Positions 28,932-37,818 of a stretch of DNA of 64,000 bases are shown one piece after another. The first letter of the stretch is position 1, and each line of letters begins with the position of its first letter. This DNA is from Clostridia bacterium (GTDB lineage: Bacteria; Bacillota; Clostridia; UMGS1883): assembly GCA_045594665.1 (NCBI GenBank), contig JAZNYX010000025.1, positions 698 through 64,697 on the forward strand, in the 5' to 3' direction. The notes beneath the pieces are model-generated. The model did not search any database and was not told the origin of the DNA. It was given only the letters and a program-made list of their open reading frames with translations. The translations under genes and the position numbers were made by a program.

Positions 28932-29574
28932 TTTTGTTCTCCTTTTCGGAAACGTATTCCTCAATGGCATTTGCAATTTTTGAGATAACATCATTTCTGA
29001 ATTTGTAGCTGACCTTGTTGGAAATAAGGCGGGCACTTATGGGAACAACCGTTTCATAAGGACGAAGGTTATTTTCCTTAAGCGTTGTACCCGTTTCCAC
29101 AATATCCACAATCACATCGGAAAGCCCCAGTATGGGAGCAATCTCAATAGATCCGTTAAGCTTAATTATATCAATTTCACGGCTTAATGAGCTGTAATAC
29201 TTCTTTGTGATGTTGGGGAATTTTGTTGCCACACGGAGGGTTTTCTCGGGATTGTCCACAAAATCATTTTTTGCGGCTACCGCCATACGGCAGACCCCCA
29301 TTTTAAGGTCACAAAGCTCATAGACATCCGGGTTATATTCCAAGAGTATATCCTTTCCTGCCACGCCGATATCCGCCGCACCTCTTTCAACATAGATTGC
29401 CACGTCAGAGGGCTTCACCCAAAAATATCTTACGCCTGTTTCTTCATTTTCAAATATGAGCTTACGGTTATTTTCGCGAATTGAAGGACAGCCGTAGCCT
29501 GCTTTTTCAAAAATGTCATAAACCTTTTCTCCCAGTCTTCCTTTTGGGAGAGCTATGTTAAGCATATTATCCAT
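28924..29574 (-). CDS. hisG: ATP phosphoribosyltransferase, short form
   Basis: 216 aa; LNIALPKGRL... Confidence 0.9.
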   Translation of the reverse strand: MDNMLNIALPKGRLGEKVYDIFEKAGYGCPSIRENNRKLIFENEETGVRYFWVKPSDVAIYVERGAADIGVAGKDILLEYNPDVYELCDLKMGVCRMAVAAKNDFVDNPEKTLRVATKFPNITKKYYSSLSREIDIIKLNGSIEIAPILGLSDVIVDIVETGTTLKENNLRPYETVVPISARLISNKVSYKFRNDVISKIANAIEEYVSEKENKND

Positions 29575-30685
29575 TTACGATTTCGCCGCCTTTCAACACC
29601 TTGCAAAGCCTTTTGTAACGGATTACGCCGCTGTCTGCCTTTTGAATGTTTACGCTTTCCCCGTTATTTTTAAGGCTGTCTGCCGCTTTTTTAATAAGGT
29701 CGTATGATACACCGTCCTCATAGGTTAAAAGCACATCGCAGTCATACTGCTTGTTGGTGGTATCAATTCTTTCCAGCATATCGGAATACACTGCAAAGCC
29801 GATTGCACCCCCGGCCTTTCCCATTCCTTTTAAAAGGTTATCATATCTTCCCCCTGAAAGCACGCTTTTGGGGAGCTTATCCACATAACCGCGGAAAACT
29901 ATTCCGTTATAATACTTTGTATCTCCTATAATTGAAAAATCAATGAAGATATTATCTGCCATATTACAAAGGGAGAGGTTTTCAACAAGTCTTTTAAGCT
30001 CTGCCGCAGAATCAATCATTTCACGGTTGATGCAAAGCTTTTCAAGCTTTGATATAACCTCGGTTGCCTTTCCCGAAAGCTCGCAAAGGCTTACCGCAAT
30101 ATCACATACTGCACTGCCTACGGAGTTTTCCTCACAAAGAGTACGCAGGGCAAAGCTGTTTTTATCACCAAAAAGGGATATAATCTTCTTTTCTGTTTCA
30201 TCATCTACACCTGCCGCACCTAAAAGCCCCTTGATAATGCCCACGGAGGAAATATCCAAAATGAAATTATCGCTTAAGGTTTCAAGGCTCTTTATGGCAA
30301 GAGCTACAACCTCGCACTCATCAATTTCGCTGATTTCTCCCATGCACTCTATGCCTGACTGCATGATTTCCTTGATTTCGTGAGTTGTCTTGTCGGGGCG
30401 GTAAACATTTTCATTATAATAAACCTTGCTTACTCCGCCCTCTGCCCCTTTATAATTCTTTATAATCGAAAGGGTTACATCGGGCTTAAGAGCGAGAAGC
30501 CTGCCGCTTAAATCCGTAAAGGAAACAATATTTTCGCTTCCCACGAAATTGCGGTTTTTTACATACATATCGTATTCCTCAAAACGGCTCATCTTAAAAG
30601 GCATATATCCGCTTTCGTGATAGAGGGCTCTTAAGGCATACATGATTTTTTCTTCAGTTTTTAAAATGTTATCATTCAGTGTCAT
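29567..30685 (-). CDS. hisZ: ATP phosphoribosyltransferase regulatory subunit (HisRS paralogue)
   Basis: 372 aa class-II aaRS-like protein immediately upstream of short-form hisG. Confidence 0.85.
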   Translation of the reverse strand: MTLNDNILKTEEKIMYALRALYHESGYMPFKMSRFEEYDMYVKNRNFVGSENIVSFTDLSGRLLALKPDVTLSIIKNYKGAEGGVSKVYYNENVYRPDKTTHEIKEIMQSGIECMGEISEIDECEVVALAIKSLETLSDNFILDISSVGIIKGLLGAAGVDDETEKKIISLFGDKNSFALRTLCEENSVGSAVCDIAVSLCELSGKATEVISKLEKLCINREMIDSAAELKRLVENLSLCNMADNIFIDFSIIGDTKYYNGIVFRGYVDKLPKSVLSGGRYDNLLKGMGKAGGAIGFAVYSDMLERIDTTNKQYDCDVLLTYEDGVSYDLIKKAADSLKNNGESVNIQKADSGVIRYKRLCKVLKGGEIVNG

Positions 30686-30783
30686 TTCGGTTCATTCCTT
30701 GTTTTGGGGACGGGCCTGTTTTGGCATCCTACAGTATGCCAAAAGCTACGCTGTCAGGACCGTCCCCTTATTTTTACTTTAGC

Positions 30784-30812
30784 ATTTTACCACGGTAAAG
30801 TGATAAAGTCAA
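30784..30812 (-). promoter_or_regulatory. his operon promoter TTGACT-17-TAAAAT
   Basis: -35 at 30807..30812, -10 at 30784..30789 on the minus strand. Confidence 0.6.
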
Positions 30813-30890
30813 CCCTTATTTTTAAATTATCCGTTTAATTTTAGCACAAATATGGAATATAATCAAGTTTTTCGTTGAATATTCTTTACG

Positions 30891-30936
30891 TAAAAGCCAA
30901 AATGACACAAATGGGCTCATTTCCCATTTGTGCCAT
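30891..30936 (-). terminator. intrinsic terminator after dpaB
   Basis: minus strand: atggcacaaatggg-aaatgag-cccatttgtgtcat followed by TTTGGCTTTT. Confidence 0.75.
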
Positions 30937-30946
30937 TTTTCATAAT

Positions 30947-31525
30947 TTACATAATGATCGGCTGATACTGCACTCCCCTAAGTGCACTTTCCACCGCAGG
31001 GATAAGATAATCCCACTTTGCCACAAGGGAGTCGTTCTTTCCGATAGGGTCATCCTGTCCGAAAGGAACAAAGAAAAATCCTTTTGAATTTAAAAGTGTT
31101 CCTATATTCCTTGCCGACATACTGAGTCCGTCATTTGTAGACGGTGCAATTATAACGGGGCGGTTGTTCCGAAGAGTTGCCTTTGCCGCAAGAGGAACGC
31201 ACCCGTCGTAAATTCCGTTTGCTATTTTTCCCAATGTATTTCCCGTACAAGGAGCAATCACAAGAGCATCGATAAGCTTTTTGGGGCCTATAGGCTCTGC
31301 CTCGGTTACGGTTGAAATTATTTTGCGTTTACATATATCTTCAATTTCCGAAATATAGTCTTTGCATTTGCCGAAACGGGTATCGGTTGAATACACCGTT
31401 TCACTCATGATGGGGAAAATATCGTAGCCTTCTTCTTTTACTTTACGTAAGGCATCGGTTACTTTCCGCATCGTGCAGAATGAGCCGGTAAATGCAAATC
31501 CCAACTTCGTATTTTTTGCATCCAT
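30947..31525 (-). CDS. dpaB: dipicolinate synthase subunit B (flavoprotein)
   Basis: 192 aa; GFAFTGSFCT...PIMS...APCTGNTLGKIANGI. Confidence 0.9.
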   Translation of the reverse strand: MDAKNTKLGFAFTGSFCTMRKVTDALRKVKEEGYDIFPIMSETVYSTDTRFGKCKDYISEIEDICKRKIISTVTEAEPIGPKKLIDALVIAPCTGNTLGKIANGIYDGCVPLAAKATLRNNRPVIIAPSTNDGLSMSARNIGTLLNSKGFFFVPFGQDDPIGKNDSLVAKWDYLIPAVESALRGVQYQPIIM

Positions 31526-31528
31526 AAA

Positions 31529-32365
31529 CTATTCACCTAACTCACCAAATATATTGCAGATGGTTTCTTTTATGATATTACCCGCAGTTATCGGTGCTAC
31601 CTTCCCCGGAAGACCCAATGCCCATATTACCTTTACGCCAAGGTCCTTTGCCGCTTCCATATCTACGCCGCCGGGCTTTGATGCCAGATCTATAATAAGG
31701 CTTTCCTTGCTACCTATCAGCACTTCACGGTCTATGACACATTGAGGAACGGTATTAAAGATAACGTCCGCATCCGAGACACACTGGGGAAGATATGAAA
31801 AATCAACCGCTTGAAGTCCCATGATGCGTGCTTTCGCCCTTTGAGATGGGCGGCGTGCACAAACGGTCACATTTGCACCCATTTTTTTGAGCATGGCACC
31901 AAGAGGCTCGCCTACTTTTCCGAAGCCCGTGATAACAACGTTAGAACCGAAAACCGTTTTCGGAAGCTCCTCCATCATTATCTGAATTGCTCCCTCATAG
32001 GTGGGAACGGAATTTAAAATTTCAAGCTCTTCACGCTGAAAATAATCTACCCACTTCACATTGAATACATCTGCTACCGCTTTTACACCTTCAGACATTT
32101 TTCCTGCAAGAAGAAGCTTGTTTTTCCCGATAAGATGAAACAAATCCTTGAGGAGAACCCCCTCGGAAAGGGATGGTGCTTCAACCGTTTTGTCATCACG
32201 GCTGCATGGAAGCGGAAGAATCACCGCATCGGAATTTTCCACCGCACTTTTAAGGGGAATACTTTCATCAAAGAAATTAACATCAAAGCCTTCCTCCACA
32301 AGAGCCTTCCCCAGATACTCGGTCCTTGAATCGCCGCCGATAATTAAAATTCGTTTAATATTCAT
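31529..32365 (-). CDS. dpaA: dipicolinate synthase subunit A
   Basis: 278 aa; Rossmann motif VVITGFGKVG; paired with dpaB. Confidence 0.9.
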   Translation of the reverse strand: MNIKRILIIGGDSRTEYLGKALVEEGFDVNFFDESIPLKSAVENSDAVILPLPCSRDDKTVEAPSLSEGVLLKDLFHLIGKNKLLLAGKMSEGVKAVADVFNVKWVDYFQREELEILNSVPTYEGAIQIMMEELPKTVFGSNVVITGFGKVGEPLGAMLKKMGANVTVCARRPSQRAKARIMGLQAVDFSYLPQCVSDADVIFNTVPQCVIDREVLIGSKESLIIDLASKPGGVDMEAAKDLGVKVIWALGLPGKVAPITAGNIIKETICNIFGELGE

Positions 32366-32369
32366 AATG

Positions 32370-32409
32370 AAAACACCTCTCTATATATTATTACAGAGAG
32401 GTGTTTTTT
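32370..32409. terminator. intrinsic terminator between the histidine kinase gene and dpaA
   Basis: aaaacacctctct...agagaggtgtttttt. Confidence 0.8.
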
Positions 32410-32410
32410 G

Positions 32411-33664
32411 TTAAAATGTTATTATAAATTCTGTTCCGTTTTCCTGCGTGCTTTTTACGCTGATTTTACCTTTGTGGATTTTTACAATTTCTTTTGCCAT
32501 AGAAAGCCCCAGTCCGTAGCCGGAGGTACTTCTTGACTCGTCCACACGGTAGAAACGGTCAAATATTTTTTCCAATTCCTCTTTCGGAATGACGCTTCCT
32601 TCATTGCGTACGCGAAGTTCTGTATGGTCTCGTCCCTGCTTTTTAAGCGAAACATAGACAGTTTCATTCTTTGGCGAATACTTAATGGCATTATCCATTA
32701 AGATAAGGACAAGTCTTGTTATATGAGAAGAAGATACTTCGCCGAAGATGTCCGGTTCGATGTCGGCATCAATCTTCACGCCTTTTTCAAAGGCTACTGC
32801 TTCAACATTTAAAACGGTGGACTCCACAATTTCCGAAAGTGAGGCTTTCGTCTTTTCAATGGGAACGTCCGTATCTATTTTCGCCATAAAAAGGAGATTT
32901 CCCGTAAGCTCACTAAGCCGCTCAGCCTCCGTTTTAACATAGCGAAGCCATTTTTCCTCGTCTTTTATTTTGTTTTCACTCTTAGATAGAAGCACATCAA
33001 TATTGGCATTTATTGCCGTAAGGGGTGTTTTCAGTTCGTGGGAAGCATCTGCCACAAACTGCTTCTGCTTGTCCCAAGCCTCTGACACGGGCCGCATAGC
33101 ACGGTTTGAAAACAAAAGGCTGATAAAAAATATTATTGCCAGCAGAACAAATGCACTGGCACCAAAGCTTATGATAAGCTGACGGAGCATACCTTTTTCT
33201 GCGGTTATATCCACAAGTGCAATAATTTTTGCACCGTCTTTTATTTCCCTTGTCTGAAATCTCCAGATTACATCCTCACTGGCAAATTCTCCTGCCAGGG
33301 CATTTTGCCGCAGAGCTTCTTTTGCAACATTCTCATAATGCTCGCTGTTTTCTCCCAGCATAGAATCCGTATGAACATTTCCCTCGCTGTCGACAAGCAC
33401 CGAGAAATTGCTTATATCCCTAAGCTCACGACGCATATCCTCCGGTCTTTTTTCGTTCTCATCCCTAAGGTCGGGAGCCGGAAGTCTGAATCTTCCCGGG
33501 CGGTGAAAGGAATATGTACGCTCAAGTGCCGCCTGTATATTATGCTCCATATGGTTGTATGTTATTGCATAAATAGCCGAAAATGCCACAACGATGAGAC
33601 AAAAAATACTTATCATACTCATCAGGAGCATTTTATTTCTCATTTTCTTAATCATTTGCTTCAC
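32411..33664 (-). CDS. sensor histidine kinase (two TM segments, ~130-aa extracytoplasmic loop)
   Basis: 417 aa; H-box FVADASHELKTPLT; N, G1 and G2 boxes. Confidence 0.9.
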   Translation of the reverse strand: MKQMIKKMRNKMLLMSMISIFCLIVVAFSAIYAITYNHMEHNIQAALERTYSFHRPGRFRLPAPDLRDENEKRPEDMRRELRDISNFSVLVDSEGNVHTDSMLGENSEHYENVAKEALRQNALAGEFASEDVIWRFQTREIKDGAKIIALVDITAEKGMLRQLIISFGASAFVLLAIIFFISLLFSNRAMRPVSEAWDKQKQFVADASHELKTPLTAINANIDVLLSKSENKIKDEEKWLRYVKTEAERLSELTGNLLFMAKIDTDVPIEKTKASLSEIVESTVLNVEAVAFEKGVKIDADIEPDIFGEVSSSHITRLVLILMDNAIKYSPKNETVYVSLKKQGRDHTELRVRNEGSVIPKEELEKIFDRFYRVDESRSTSGYGLGLSMAKEIVKIHKGKISVKSTQENGTEFIITF

Positions 33665-34353
33665 TCCGCACTTTCTGCTATTTTATAGCCAATACCGCGT
33701 ATGGTTGAAATTGTTACATTCTTTGACACAAACGCCAGCTTTTTACGTAAAAAGGAAATATATACTTCAACATAATTCCCCTCCGCTTCTGATTCAAAGC
33801 CCCAGAGCTTTTCTATTATCTGTTCCTTGGAAATTACCATGGATTTATTGATAATAAGGTACTCAAGAAGCTCAAATTCCTTTTTTGTAAGAGAGGTTTC
33901 CCTGTGTGTACCATATAGCTGCATATTGCTTGTGTCAAGAGTTATATCACCGATTTTCAGCTCATTATTATTTACTATAACCTCACTTCCCCGACGGGTA
34001 AGTGCACGAAGTCTTGCCAAAAGCTCGCCAGTGTCAAAAGGCTTGGGCAAATAATCGTCTGCCCCTGAGTCAAGTCCGCGAATACGGTCTTTTACATCGC
34101 TTTTCGCAGTCAGAAGTATAACGGGGGTAGATATTTTTTCCTTCCTCAGTGTTTTAACAATATCAAATCCGTTTATTCCCGGAAGCATCACGTCCAGTAC
34201 TATGGCATCGTAAATCCCCGTAAGTGCGTTGTCAAGACCTTCCTCACCGTCGTTAAAGGTGTCTACGGTATAATTTTGCTGTGTAAGAAGCTGCGAAAGT
34301 GCTTCAGCTAAATATTTTTCATCTTCTACTATCAAAACACGCATTTTCTTCAC
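33661..34353 (-). CDS. OmpR-family response regulator
   Basis: 230 aa; receiver domain VLIVEDE...LDVMLPG plus winged-helix IRGIGYK. Confidence 0.9.
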   Translation of the reverse strand: MKKMRVLIVEDEKYLAEALSQLLTQQNYTVDTFNDGEEGLDNALTGIYDAIVLDVMLPGINGFDIVKTLRKEKISTPVILLTAKSDVKDRIRGLDSGADDYLPKPFDTGELLARLRALTRRGSEVIVNNNELKIGDITLDTSNMQLYGTHRETSLTKKEFELLEYLIINKSMVISKEQIIEKLWGFESEAEGNYVEVYISFLRKKLAFVSKNVTISTIRGIGYKIAESAE

Positions 34354-34402
34354 GCTCCTTAGGCAGATAATACCTAATAAAGCTTAAATCTGCCTTAAAA
34401 AG

Positions 34403-35950
34403 TTAGCTGAATTCCCACAGACTGATGTTTCTGTAGGGATTATTTAGACCCGGCTTAATGCTGCCCGTCAGGTTTTCTGCCGTCATCAGGTTTTCCGTTT
34501 TAAAAGCAATTCCGCATATGGGCTGTTCTCTAAGAAAAATTTCTTCAAAATTAAGAAGCGCACTTACTCGGGATTCATCCGAAGGTGCAGAGGAAATGGC
34601 TTTCAGCACAGCCTCCATTTGTTCGCTGTCATACCCATAATTATTAAGCACTCCGTCCTTTGAGAGCAAAAACTCAAAATCATACAGATTAAGAATACGC
34701 GTTCCTCCTATATATGCATCAAACTCTCCCCTTTTGATGAGAGCCTCATATTCATCAAAATCCGCTTCCTTTACCACCACATTTATTCCTGCGGCAAAAA
34801 GCTGACGGCTGATTAAGTTTGCACTTTTTATACGGCTTTGATTTTCGCTGTTAACAAGAAGCTTAAACGTAAACTCTTTTGAGTTTTTATCACGTAATAC
34901 TCCCGACTTTTCATCTTTTACAAAGCCCTCCATAAAGAGAAGCTCGTTTGTATTGGCAAGGCTATACCCTGATGCATTTGACGAAGCCTCTGTCCCCCTT
35001 GCCATAGGATGAAGCGGCAGATTCGTTATCGCCGCATTTTGTGCATAGCAATCCTTTACAATGGCTTCGCGGTCAATGGCAGAAGAAATCGCATTTCTCA
35101 CAATCTGGGAATCAAAAGGCTTTTTATTATGATTAAAAGCTAAATATTCGTACTGTGTATGCGGATATGGGGTAATCAGAGTCTTATCCTTGGGAACATT
35201 GTTCTCGCTGTCAAAGGTTTCACTGGTTATAGCGTTTATAAGCCCCGTATTAAAGGAGGTTGTTGCCGTCTGCGCATCGCGTATCACAGTTATATTTACT
35301 TTAGGAATTTTCGCCTCGCCCCCATGCCATCTGTCAAAGCTTTTAAGTTCAATCATTGTGGCAGGATTATACTTTTCAAAACAGTATGCACCCGTGCCGA
35401 TAATATTTTCATCAAGTTCATTATTATGTGCCGCTACAATGGGGAAAGTAAGGGAATAGGCAATTTGTCCATAGGGACGCTTCAATGTTATTTGGAGTGA
35501 AAGAGGGTCAATGGTCTGTACGCTCTCAATGTTTTTTATACATTGATAATATTCCCACGAGGGGTTTTCTTTCAGAAGATTTACCGTATGTGCAACGTCT
35601 GATGAGGTGAAGCTTACCCCATCGTGCCACAAAACGGAATCTTTTAGCGTAACCACGGCACTCGTGCAATCGTCCGATACCTCGATATTTCTGGCAAGGA
35701 CACCCTCTGTGTTCATATCCTCTCCGATCTCAAAAAGCGGCTCATAACACAGGGAAAGGCCGTCACGTATACTGTGGTTGTCGGCGGCAAGCGGATTAAG
35801 GCTTTGCGGCTCACGCATTTGGATTGAAATGACATCCGCCCGGCTTTCTTTTGGTTTTTCGCTCTCCTCTTTTGCACAAGAGCAACCAAAAGCTGCCGAT
35901 GCTAATATTAAAGTAAACAGCAATAAGTGTTTTTGAAGTTTCTTCATCAT
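34403..35950 (-). CDS. family-5 (peptide/nickel type) ABC substrate-binding lipoprotein, no cognate permease in the window
   Basis: 515 aa; lipobox LASAAFGC; SBP_bac_5-like body. Confidence 0.8.
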   Translation of the reverse strand: MMKKLQKHLLLFTLILASAAFGCSCAKEESEKPKESRADVISIQMREPQSLNPLAADNHSIRDGLSLCYEPLFEIGEDMNTEGVLARNIEVSDDCTSAVVTLKDSVLWHDGVSFTSSDVAHTVNLLKENPSWEYYQCIKNIESVQTIDPLSLQITLKRPYGQIAYSLTFPIVAAHNNELDENIIGTGAYCFEKYNPATMIELKSFDRWHGGEAKIPKVNITVIRDAQTATTSFNTGLINAITSETFDSENNVPKDKTLITPYPHTQYEYLAFNHNKKPFDSQIVRNAISSAIDREAIVKDCYAQNAAITNLPLHPMARGTEASSNASGYSLANTNELLFMEGFVKDEKSGVLRDKNSKEFTFKLLVNSENQSRIKSANLISRQLFAAGINVVVKEADFDEYEALIKRGEFDAYIGGTRILNLYDFEFLLSKDGVLNNYGYDSEQMEAVLKAISSAPSDESRVSALLNFEEIFLREQPICGIAFKTENLMTAENLTGSIKPGLNNPYRNISLWEFS

Positions 35951-35959
35951 AAAAACATT

Positions 35960-36745
35960 TCACTCTTTCATACAAATAATTCCGGCCAGTGTTCCGCTTT
36001 TACCATTTTGTTTGCGGTGGGAAAAGAATAAATCATTGTTGCAGGAGGTGCATATTCCCGAAAGGGAAATATTCTCCTTGGGAACAAGACATTCTCTTAT
36101 TAAAGAGTAGTTTACCATGCCCAAATCCAGCATATATTTCCCATTTTCCTTAGCTGTATAAAATTCAGGCGAAAACCTTGATGCCACATCCTCGCTGACC
36201 TCATAGCAGCATTTTCCGATTGAGGGCCCTATGGCAACAAAAATATTTCGAGGCTCCGCCCCTATACCTATAAGCTTTTCCACGGTTTTTTTACTGATAG
36301 AGAGGGCGCTGCCCTTCCACCCCGAATGAACTGCCGCTATTGCCTCAATATCGCTGGCGTACATAAGGATGGGAACGCAGTCTGCACTGTAGCAAAGAAT
36401 GGGAACGTTTTTTTCCAAGGTTATACATGCGTCCACGCCTTTTCCCCAGTCACTCGTTACCCCTATACCGATATTTTTCTCGTCAATGATTTCAATATTA
36501 TCGGTATGCTCCTGCCTTGTTGAGGACAGGCGGTTTATCTGAAGCCCCAATTCCGAGCATAAAATTTCCTCGTTTTTCCTCACGCAGGAAATATCATCTC
36601 CACGCCTGGGGCTCATGGAAAGGCTTTCATATTCTCCTTTGCTGACACCACCCTTACGAGTGGTGAATCCGTGTACAATATTTTTAAAATTACAAAGTAC
36701 TTCACTTTGGTAAAGAGCAATTTTTCCTATCTGCACAATCTGCAT
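35960..36745 (-). CDS. pgeF: PgeF/YfiH-family (laccase-domain, purine nucleoside processing) protein
   Basis: 261 aa; ...DACITLE...SADCVPIL...HSGWKG...FFSHR. Confidence 0.85.
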   Translation of the reverse strand: MQIVQIGKIALYQSEVLCNFKNIVHGFTTRKGGVSKGEYESLSMSPRRGDDISCVRKNEEILCSELGLQINRLSSTRQEHTDNIEIIDEKNIGIGVTSDWGKGVDACITLEKNVPILCYSADCVPILMYASDIEAIAAVHSGWKGSALSISKKTVEKLIGIGAEPRNIFVAIGPSIGKCCYEVSEDVASRFSPEFYTAKENGKYMLDLGMVNYSLIRECLVPKENISLSGICTSCNNDLFFSHRKQNGKSGTLAGIICMKE

Positions 36746-37518
36746 ATTCTTATAATCTCCTCTGCCTTCCCTGTTGCTTCATTTATTTTTATCACTGCTG
36801 CACAAAGCTGTCCTTTTCCCGTCGCAACTTTAAAGGGCGGCTTTTTCGTGTCGGGCGGAAGGGTAAATCTTGCTATGGATGCATCCTTATCAAGACCTAA
36901 GACCGCATCACGGGCACCCGTTCTTCCCACATCTGTAATATATGCACTGCCGCATGGCAAAATACGCTCGTCAGCCGTTTGTATATGGGTATGTGTACCT
37001 AAGATTGCACTTACCTTGCCGTCAAGATAGTAGCCCAAAGCTTCCTTTTCGCTTGTTGCCTCCGCATGAAAGTCAATTATTATATTGGGAGTTCTTTCCT
37101 TGGCTTTAGTTATAAGCTCATCCGCCGCAGTAAAGGGCGAAAGATGATTTTCATTAATATAAATTCTTCCAATGAGGTTTATTATGGCAAGCTTACTTTC
37201 TCCCACGTTCACTATTGCCATACCTTCCCCCGGATTATTACCCTCAAGGTTTGCAGGACGGACAATGTTTTCCCCGTCATTTAAAAGCGTAATAATCTCC
37301 TTTTTGGAAAAGGTGTGGTTTCCCATGGTGAAAAAGTCAATACCTGCCCGGCACAGCTCTTCATAACCGCGTCTGTTCATACCAAGCCCTCCGGAGGCAT
37401 TTTCCCCGTTGGCAATGATGTAATCTATGTTAAATTCATCCTTTATTTCGGGAAGAAGCTCAAACACTGCATCTCTGCCGCATCTTCCCATAATATCACC
37501 GATAAATAAAATGTTCAT
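36727..37518 (-). CDS. ymdB: YmdB-family metallophosphoesterase (2',3'-cNMP phosphodiesterase)
   Basis: 263 aa; MNILFIGDIMGRCGRDAV...ANGENASGG...GNHTF...DFHAEATSEK...GTHTHIQTAD. Confidence 0.9.
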   Translation of the reverse strand: MNILFIGDIMGRCGRDAVFELLPEIKDEFNIDYIIANGENASGGLGMNRRGYEELCRAGIDFFTMGNHTFSKKEIITLLNDGENIVRPANLEGNNPGEGMAIVNVGESKLAIINLIGRIYINENHLSPFTAADELITKAKERTPNIIIDFHAEATSEKEALGYYLDGKVSAILGTHTHIQTADERILPCGSAYITDVGRTGARDAVLGLDKDASIARFTLPPDTKKPPFKVATGKGQLCAAVIKINEATGKAEEIIRICRLCR

Positions 37519-37538
37519 AATACTGCCTTTCTAAAGGG

Positions 37539-37576
37539 AAAACAAAAGGGCATTTTGTAAATGCCCTTTTGTTTGT
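37539..37576. terminator. bidirectional intrinsic terminator immediately upstream of ymdB
   Basis: aaaacaaaagggcat-tttgtaa-atgcccttttgttt. Confidence 0.75.
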
Positions 37577-37818
37577 TGAATTAATGCAAGTGATTTTGCA
37601 AACAGAAAATGTTGCAGAGGAAACGAACTGAATCCCGAAGGTGTACAAAAGTACATCGAGAGGTGAAGTTCGTTTTCAATAAAAAGCGGTTATTCCGAAT
37701 TCGCGAATGCGAATTCTTCCTATAACTGTGAGAGTTACCTTGTCTTTTAAGTTTTTAAGAGTAACCCTCCTATAAAACACACGCTTTTTATGTTCTGTGC
37801 ATTTTATGGAAGCAAAAT

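Noticed and set aside
28932-29036. N-terminal extension of hisD (ORF-track start at 29036); likewise the extended starts of ychF (51245), the deacetylase (52506), the PHP protein (39864), rpmE (39651) and the 2155 start of the RHH ORF
   Set aside because: The extensions overlap upstream genes, terminators or repeats and lack an RBS. Internal starts have good Shine-Dalgarno sequences and match the conserved N-termini.
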